DNA of 64,000 nucleotides from Eledone cirrhosa (Eukaryota), in the NCBI GenBank assembly GCA_964016885.1, contig OZ024746.1, positions 41,850,001-41,914,000 of the forward strand. Direction: 5' to 3'. Positions 55,061 to 64,000 of this stretch are shown here, piece after piece. The position numbers were made by a program, and so were the translations under genes. Under the pieces are notes generated by a model, which saw nothing but the letters and a program-made list of their open reading frames with translations, was not told the DNA's origin and did not search any database. How positions within the stretch are numbered: the first letter of the stretch is position 1; each line of letters begins with the position of its first letter.

Positions 55061-55249
55061 ACATATCATCATCATCATCATCATCATCATCACCGTTTTA
55101 CGTCCGTTCTTCCACGCTAGCATGGGTTAGACGGGTTGTCCTGTTGTGTGCAGTGTCTGGTCGGCTGACCATGCCTTTCTCATACAGGAACTGATCTGGC
55201 TTGATTTCTACAGCTGGATGCCCTTCCTAATACCAACCTCATTTACAGT

Positions 55250-56337
<1,088 letters not shown>

Positions 56338-56705
56338 TAGCATAAGGTCCTCGAAATGCTTTTAATTAAGCATACAGTGTATTGCAAAATACACTATATA
56401 TACATTCATATATGTATCGCTATTTCAGAGCACCAATTCTAATTTATATATATATATATATATATAAAAAACATGAGAAGAAAGAAGAATACTGCGTGGT
56501 TGCACATGGGTTACATATCATAAAAATAGTCCTTTGTCAGTGATTTTCCAACCATCATTGGTATTTCATCGCATTAAAAATCATATACCTCAGGTTGGTG
56601 CGAGCAATAACTAAAAAAAGTTATTGGGACCAGTAAATCGCGTAAAGCGAGGGGCACAAGTAAACAACATAGAATGATAAAAGCAAACCAAAGATATATA
56701 CATAT

Positions 56706-56750
<45 letters not shown>

Positions 56751-59461
56751 AGCATGCAAGCATGGAATAACGGATGTAAAAATGATGATGATGATGATTA
56801 TATTGCATGCCGCTCCACAAATGCACAATTTTTTCCTGCTAATGGCATCTTCTACAATATTTAGCCATCTCTACTTACTGACTATACAGAGATGTAAGTC
56901 AGTATGCCATTGATGTTTTCATAATCTAAAATGTTTGCAATTTTAGTGTTTCTATTGTTCTTTGATTTATTGTTTATCTACAACTGTTGTTATCTCTGTT
57001 ATTATCTCTGTATCTGGTAATGATGATTGCATTAGCACTGCAGATATCAACTGCTTATATTTCTATTTAAGTAATTTTTAAAGAAGCCCCCCCCCCCCCC
57101 CAAAAAAAAAAATTATAATAAAAGTACTCAAGAAGAATTATGGATAAATGTATCGATTGAATTAATTATTCTATATGTAGGAATTGTTGTAGCCAGATAG
57201 ACCATGATATCACTGCTAGATGTAACAAATGGCAGGAAGGTAGTATATATATTAAACAAAACATTGAATAAATTTTGTATATGCTGTTGATTTGTCATTT
57301 CTGTGAAAGTATTCTATCTTAGCATTTAAAATTTCAAACATGTTTCCCAATGTAGAAATTATAGTAAATTTATAGTTGATTTTGCACTACATTTCACCAA
57401 ATGAACAACTAATCAGTACATATAATTTGGCATTTATCTAGTGTCTAAATCTCTATTATATACAGCAGTAAAAATCCCAACATTTATTGTTTCCTAAATG
57501 TTGTGTCCCAAAGCTTAATTTATCCTGCTACTCATTCCCTTTAAATTATAATGCATTAACACTTCCCACATCAGCAGACAGCCTTTATATCTGATAACAT
57601 TAAAAATCTCATCTTATTATTATTCTCTGGGTACAGCCATATATCATACCAACAATACATTTGCAAATTAAAGTCTTGACAGCGCAGGAACAGATTAATG
57701 GTATTACTGAACTAATCCCTTGTCATGCCAGCAATACTACAGAAACTTGTCTTTTTTTTACCTTGCTTTACATTCCATAATATTCATCATCACATTTAGC
57801 TTTCATACAGCACATAAATGATTAAGCACAAGTATAGCATTCAACTTCACATCCATTCAAAGGCCCATTAATTAAACAAAATAAAGAACTGTAACTGGTT
57901 TACAAGCAATATATGGATTATACTAGCGTTTTCAGACCCTTAATCCCACCCACATAGACCCTGTCACAACCCTAGTTAATTATACACTATAAGAATACTT
58001 TGGAAAACTCTTAGCTGTGTCAAAGACATGACAACCTCTCTAGTATTGGCGCTATGTTAAAATGTATTTGGTAAAGTGTAGGAATACTTTTATAAGCGAG
58101 ATGCATAACCCATGGCATGCTTGCACATTTCGTACAGCATGGAAATATAAGGGAATGATATTCAAACCTCTCGGATAAGACAGAGGCATGGTAAAACAAG
58201 TAGAAACTATAATAGTAATGATGAGGATGATGATAATGATGATATTAGCCATCCGAACATACATTTTGAAGGAAGACATAGTTGATTAGAGTGATCCTTG
58301 TATATCACTGGAGCAAAAAATGTGACTGTCAAAAGGCAATGTTTTTAAAAATGTGTTTATCAAGTTTCCATGCTTTTATGGTTTGGAAGCTTCTATCAGT
58401 CTAGATATTTTCCTGAATTCTTTGTGTTTTAAGCTGCTCCTTATGCAATCTAATATTGTATTTTATTTAGGTTGATTGAAGAAAATAGATTAATTTGTAT
58501 TTCTATAGGTGAATCTGAAGGTCAAATTCACCTATTTATAGATTTCTTGTTCAAATCTTTAGCACTGACATATCTTTAAGAGAATAAAGTTAGTGGTAGG
58601 CAACCATTAAATAAGTCTTTTACTTCAGAATATTTCAGGAAGAGGCTAGAATCATTAGTTAGCAAGATTTAAGGAGAACCTTGCTAGTATGTATTGGTTG
58701 TAAAATAATCTTTGTGGGATCTTATGTAATTAGATGAAAAGTCAATACTTTTAGTACATTATGTGCACTGATGCAAGCAACATATGACTAAAGTCAATAG
58801 ATCCACTAGAAGTAATTGATAACTTTTCTTATCTTACGTCAACTAGTTAATATTAGGAATAGAATTAAATCAGAATGGTGAATGGCGAGGGTATAAAGTG
58901 TGTGGAAGAAGATTAAAGTATGAAGCATATCTCAGATATACTAAATCATATTTTGACAGTGAAATATGAGCAGTACCAGTAAAGTACATTCAAGAATTAC
59001 ATAGGAACCACCTGAGTATAACTTCTTGCATGGATGATGGAAATTATTAGTTATGCATGCTAAAGTAATTACTGCTCCAGTGTAAATAAGTAATGTATAT
59101 ATGTATATATGCACAAATATATGACAACAACGGTATTAGTGGGTATTGAATCTGTCTCATCTACATCTTGATAGAAAAGGTATATTATATATTTTTTTAT
59201 CTTCTGATCCTCAGAAGATAAAAAATGTTATTGATTATATATATATATATCATCATCATCATCATTTCCATTTAATAGTCAAAACAACTGCTTGCACTCA
59301 AAAATCTCTCCAACGTTGTTGGTGTTAGGAAAGGCATCCAGCCAAAGCAATCATGCCAAAAATAATGATTGAGCCAGACACAGTCACTGATTCTTCAATA
59401 AGAAGTGACTATGACTAGTCATCAACTGATGCTAGCATGGAAAAACAAGCAAAAAAGATGA

Positions 59462-59650
59462 TAATTGTTACTACCTTTGGCACAAGGCCAGCAATTATCC
59501 CAGTGCATTACTGGTGCTTAGTTTATCGAACCCGTAAGGATGAAAGGCAAAGCTAACCTCAGCAAGATTTGAACTCAGATCATAAAGGGCCATAACTCTA
59601 TGCTGCAAAGCATGGTGTATGACGCTCTACTGATACTGTCAATCCACCAT
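59462..59650 (-). mobile_element. SINE family B; further copies at about 62085-62370, 63215-63310 and 63570-63715
   Basis: ggcacaaggccagcaatt...aaggatgaaaggcaaag...atttgaactcaga...aatccacc. Confidence 0.85.
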
Positions 59651-60094
59651 GTATGTGTGTAGGGCGGGGGGAGGAGGCTGAGTGGTTAAGAAGTTTCACT
59701 TGCAATCAGACAGTTCTGTGTTCAGTCTTACCGTATGGCATCTTAGGCAAGTGGTTTTTACTATAATATCAAGTCAACCCAAACCTTGTTGAGTAAAGTT
59801 AGGCAGAAAGAAACTGTATGAATGCCCATCAAATAGGCTGTGCTTGTAATTCAAAGGTGCAGCTAAGTAATAACACTGTGCTTTGCTCATTCCACCTAAG
59901 AATTACATTAAAGGTAGATGTGTCTGTGGAATACTTAGCCACTTCATACACTAATGCAATAAATAAGTCTTTCAGTTAGATTGAACAGCTAGTTGCTCAT
60001 ATGCCAATCTCAATGGTAGAATCCATCATTATCATATATATATATATATATATTGTCTGAGTGTGTGTGTATGTGTGTGTGTGTCATCCACCTT

Positions 60095-60125
<31 letters not shown>

Positions 60126-61415
60126 ATATTTTCTTTTCACACTTGTTTCTCAATACTGTGCATATACTATTATAAACAATTTCAGAAATAATATGTCAGT
60201 ATTTTCTTGGAAAATGGTAACCATGAATTTGAGAAGCTTTTGATTCTTTATTCAGGAATCATCTATGATTACAACAAGATTTTTTTCCTGTCAGTATATG
60301 AAGATATATACAATAATATGGTTAAAATTGAACACAAGAAGATACATAGGTTATAGATCATATTTGTTTTCAGAGATATGAAAAATGTTGTTATGATATG
60401 CATGTCCAGAGTATATATAATATTTAGGGAATGCTCTATTATACAATATGACATAAGGATTTGGCTAATGGATGGTCTTTCTTTGAGACAACAATATAGA
60501 TTAGAAAGCATAACGATGTAAGTGGCATAAAAGGAAAGTGGTATATATTTAAATGAGTTTTAAAGAATGATGTTATTGACAACATTCACAATGCTCTTGG
60601 TGAGAAAATGAAAAATGCTTCTACATACAACAGCTAACAAAAATCCACTCAGAGCCGGAAACAATGCATTAATACTATATCTCTTATTATATGTCATACT
60701 TCTATCATACCGATCAAACATTATGAACCATCTATTATAACCTCTTAAACTTCTATAAAATATGTGTTACTGTTAGCATGCTCATACAAATCTTCTCTCC
60801 ATTTCCTTTCCATATGTGTGTATGTATTTGTTTTATATACATTTCCTGTTCTGTTTTCCTAGAAAATACCATTTGAATACATGGTAACATATTAAGAATC
60901 GGTAGCTGTCAAGCAAGATACACAGTTTGACCATTTAAAGTAGGTTAGGACTGTGTCCAACATAAATATTCATTTTCTAAATTGTTATTGTTGAATCTGG
61001 TATAGAGAAATTTATCCTAAGACAATATAGTGTAGAAAAAAGAAAGCTTTGCTATATGTTTCAACTGGTTAAATGTTTATATTAGATTAAGCACATGGTT
61101 TGTATATTGGAAAATTGATCTAAGGTTACCGTCTTAAGCAACATGCATTACTTCACTCAGCACTGATTGAAAATAAGTGTCACGTTTTGTGGTTAGTAAG
61201 ACTATACATGCAAATAGTGAAGTAGCAGGCTTAATCAGTGAATAATTTTATATGAAACCATTAAATACTTTCTCGACAGACACACATGCAAGCACACATA
61301 CACAATCTTGTATACATACATGTACATACACACACAAACATACAAGCACACTCTGTATGCTTGATTTGTTTTTCAAAATAAACTGCCCATATACACAGTA
61401 AATAAACAGACTTAC

Positions 61416-61586
61416 AAATATATCCAATACCTTAACACCTATTGGTTGAGACGAAAACTGTAAGCAGTTTTACTGCTTAAGATGCGGAGAGCTAGCTGGC
61501 AACAGACATCTCGACCAGCCATAATATGTGCCGACTGAGAATTTTCCAAAGCACCCTATCCCCAGCACCAAATGCTGGTGACAGGC
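61416..61586 (-). other. Candidate 171-nt 5'-UTR exon of a host gene
   Basis: Acceptor ttttatgcag|G, donor |GTAAGT, GC-richer unique sequence, stops in all three frames. Confidence 0.55.
61439..61522 (-). CDS. 27-aa small ORF MAGRDVCCQLALRILSSKTAYSFRLNQ, candidate conserved-peptide uORF (PRL/PTP4A-like from memory)
   Basis: Strong start context (A at -3, G at +4), TAG stop, lies wholly inside the candidate exon; family assignment unverified. Confidence 0.5.
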   Translation of the reverse strand: MAGRDVCCQLALRILSSKTAYSFRLNQ

Positions 61587-63734
61587 CTGCATAAAACTAT
61601 ATATATATATTCCTTGGATATTCTAGCAAAATAGTAGTACTTTAACTTTCAAAATTGTTTATATTTTGGATCTGTAGATATAAAAGGTCAATGGTTTAGT
61701 GTTTGTTTTAGTAGTATTGTTTCTGTTTTTCTCCTCTAGATAGAACAACAAACAACAACAAATCAATCTGATTCTTCTCTTTGCTAGATGAAATCATTAA
61801 ATTTTCATCTCAGAAAAGGATAATTTTCTCTTTCATTTATCTAGATTTATTTATAACATTCTTGAATATCGAAAAATGGAATAAATAAAGAAAATATTTA
61901 AAATAAATAAAATGTCAATTATAATTACAAAATATATCTGGAATGATATTGGCATTTTCTGTCTCATTTTCTTATAACACATTCAAGTATTAATTATAAC
62001 TAAATCATAACAAAATAGTCATACTAGCCTTACTGTGATGATGTAATAACCATAGCAGAATATAAATTGGTAACCAGTAATAATGCTTTCTGATTTAGGC
62101 ATAAGGCCAGCAATCTGGTTAAATCAACTCCAGTACTTGATTGGTATTTTATCTTATCAATGCCAGAAGGATAAAAGGCAAATTTGATCCCTTAATTAGA
62201 AAATAATGTTTCTACTTTAGGCACAAGGCTAGCAATTTGAAGGGGGAGTCGATTAAATCGACCCCAGTGCATTACTGGTACTTTATTTTATCGACCCCCA
62301 TAAGGGTGAAAGGCAAAGATAACTTTGGCAGGATTTGAATTCAGAATGTAAAGTTCAAATCCTGCCGAAATAATAATAATCAAAATATACATGTTGAGCA
62401 ACTAATATGCATTGTTGATTTCTGTGTTCTTCATAATTACTGCTGTTTATAAACCTAAAATACTGTTAGTTAAACATATTTATTTTAGAAAACCATTTTC
62501 ATGTTTTCCTTATGATAATGTCCAACACAGCCTCTATGTAGTTGTCTGACCTTCTAGAAATAGTAGCTAAATTTTCCTCAAATAATTTTTAAAGATAATA
62601 TGAAGAAGGACACATTGTAATCCTCAATATAGCTATATCTGAAAAATAACAACTCATATTATTTTGCTAAAAATAGCAGTCAAATTTCCCTCAAATCCTG
62701 TCCTACTGTCATAAAAAAAGGAATGACACATTGAATAATGTAGATCTAGAAATGCTATGACTGAATAAAATATTTGATATAAGTTTTAAGTACACTGTAT
62801 TCATATTTTTCAGTTTAATTACAATCACCCCCAGATAATATTGAATAAGGCAATTCATCACAATTCCCTAAATTATAGCTAAATGAAAAGGAATTGACAC
62901 AGCAACATCTTTTCACATTTTTCCGAGAAGTTTTAAATTATTAAGAAAGCTATAAAAATAAATAGTTAAAAAACAACAAAAAAACAACAAAACGAATAAA
63001 GACAAATAAAATGATTATTTCAAAGGCATTTATTTAATTTAATAATAGCCTAAGGTATAGGTGATTTACATTTTCTGGGAAAATGATTGACAGAAGTATC
63101 AATAGGAAATTACGAAGCATTTCAGAACTACTTGTGTGCTAATGCTTAATAACGTGACATTGGTTCATTTTTAAATTGGTTTAATTTCTAATATTTTCAA
63201 AAATAATTCAGTTAAATGGTGAATTGGTAGAATTGTTAGTATTTGTCCAGGCTCTCATCCTTCAGAATTCAAATCCTGCTGCAGTCAACTTTGCTTTTCA
63301 TCCATTGATAGAATTGTTTGAAAAATGTGGTATATATTCCTGCTTCTTATATTCTGAATTCAAATCTAACTGGTGTCTACTTAGGTGGTAGACTTAATCT
63401 ATAAGGCTTTTTTGTTACTTAATCAAGAAAGAAATTACATGGTTCATTTCAGAACCTAGTGAAAGAGGAGAGAAGTGAGTATCCTCAAACAGAAAACCTG
63501 GCTGAAATGCTGACAATAGAGTGAACCAATACAGCAGAACAACCCATCTAACATATTAATAATTTTACCAGTCCACCACTCTAGACTGTTAATTTATTGA
63601 AGCAGAAAGGCAAAGGTAACCTCGGTAGGATTTGAACTCAGAACTCAAGAAGCTAGAATAAAAACTGCTATGTATTTTATCTAATGTTCTAATGCTTCTG
63701 CCAGTTTATTGCCTGTTTGTCTGATGATGTTTAA

Positions 63735-63955
63735 CCCTTTAGCATTTACATTACTCTATATTTACTATTGTATTTTCATGGTAAACACTTTATTTCACAT
63801 AATTATCTCATATAATAATGAATCTACAAGATTTTGATATTATTTATGTTGAGAACAATACCTTAACAAAAGTGTGAGTAGTTGGTTATGGCCAGTTTGA
63901 ACAGAAAAAGATGAAAGAATTCTGGCTGGATACAGCCAGTTTAAATTCTAAAGGG
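63735..63955. mobile_element. piggyBac-like MITE
   Basis: TTAA|CCCTTTAGCATTTA ... TAAATTCTAAAGGG|TTTA; homologous to 11724-11921. Confidence 0.7.
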
Positions 63956-64000
63956 TTTACTTGAATATATGTAACTTAACATTAGTAGGATAAATGTAGG

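Overview
AT-rich, repeat-saturated eukaryotic DNA. The SINE, LINE and microsatellite content suggests a coleoid cephalopod, probably Octopus (inference from repeat content only). No intact host protein-coding gene is visible, and most long ORFs in the track are artefacts of TG/CA-interrupted (TA)n microsatellites. Recognisable retroelements are two tRNA-derived SINE families, R4/Dong LINEs in (TAA)n, RTE LINEs with (ATG)n tails and a PHD-like finger inside the RT, an RTEX-like LINE, a CR1-group LINE, and Penelope-like elements (PLEs) including a Naiad-like RT/GIY-YIG ORF. DNA transposons are a DD37D (maT) Tc1/mariner, a Chapaev3-like element and MITEs. Main points of interest: (1) a non-coding retrozyme-like element at 32.7-33.9 kb with three copies of a type I hammerhead ribozyme carrying a compensated U3-A8 core, the two tandem copies defining a 591-nt monomer; (2) at least five further hammerheads in unrelated PLE-type ends; (3) a 26-kb (TA)n-based retroelement nest whose microsatellite strand polarity flips once near 41.77 kb; (4) a candidate 171-nt minus-strand 5'-UTR exon with a 27-aa uORF resembling, from memory, the conserved PRL/PTP4A uORF. 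All structures were read by eye and none was verified computationally.
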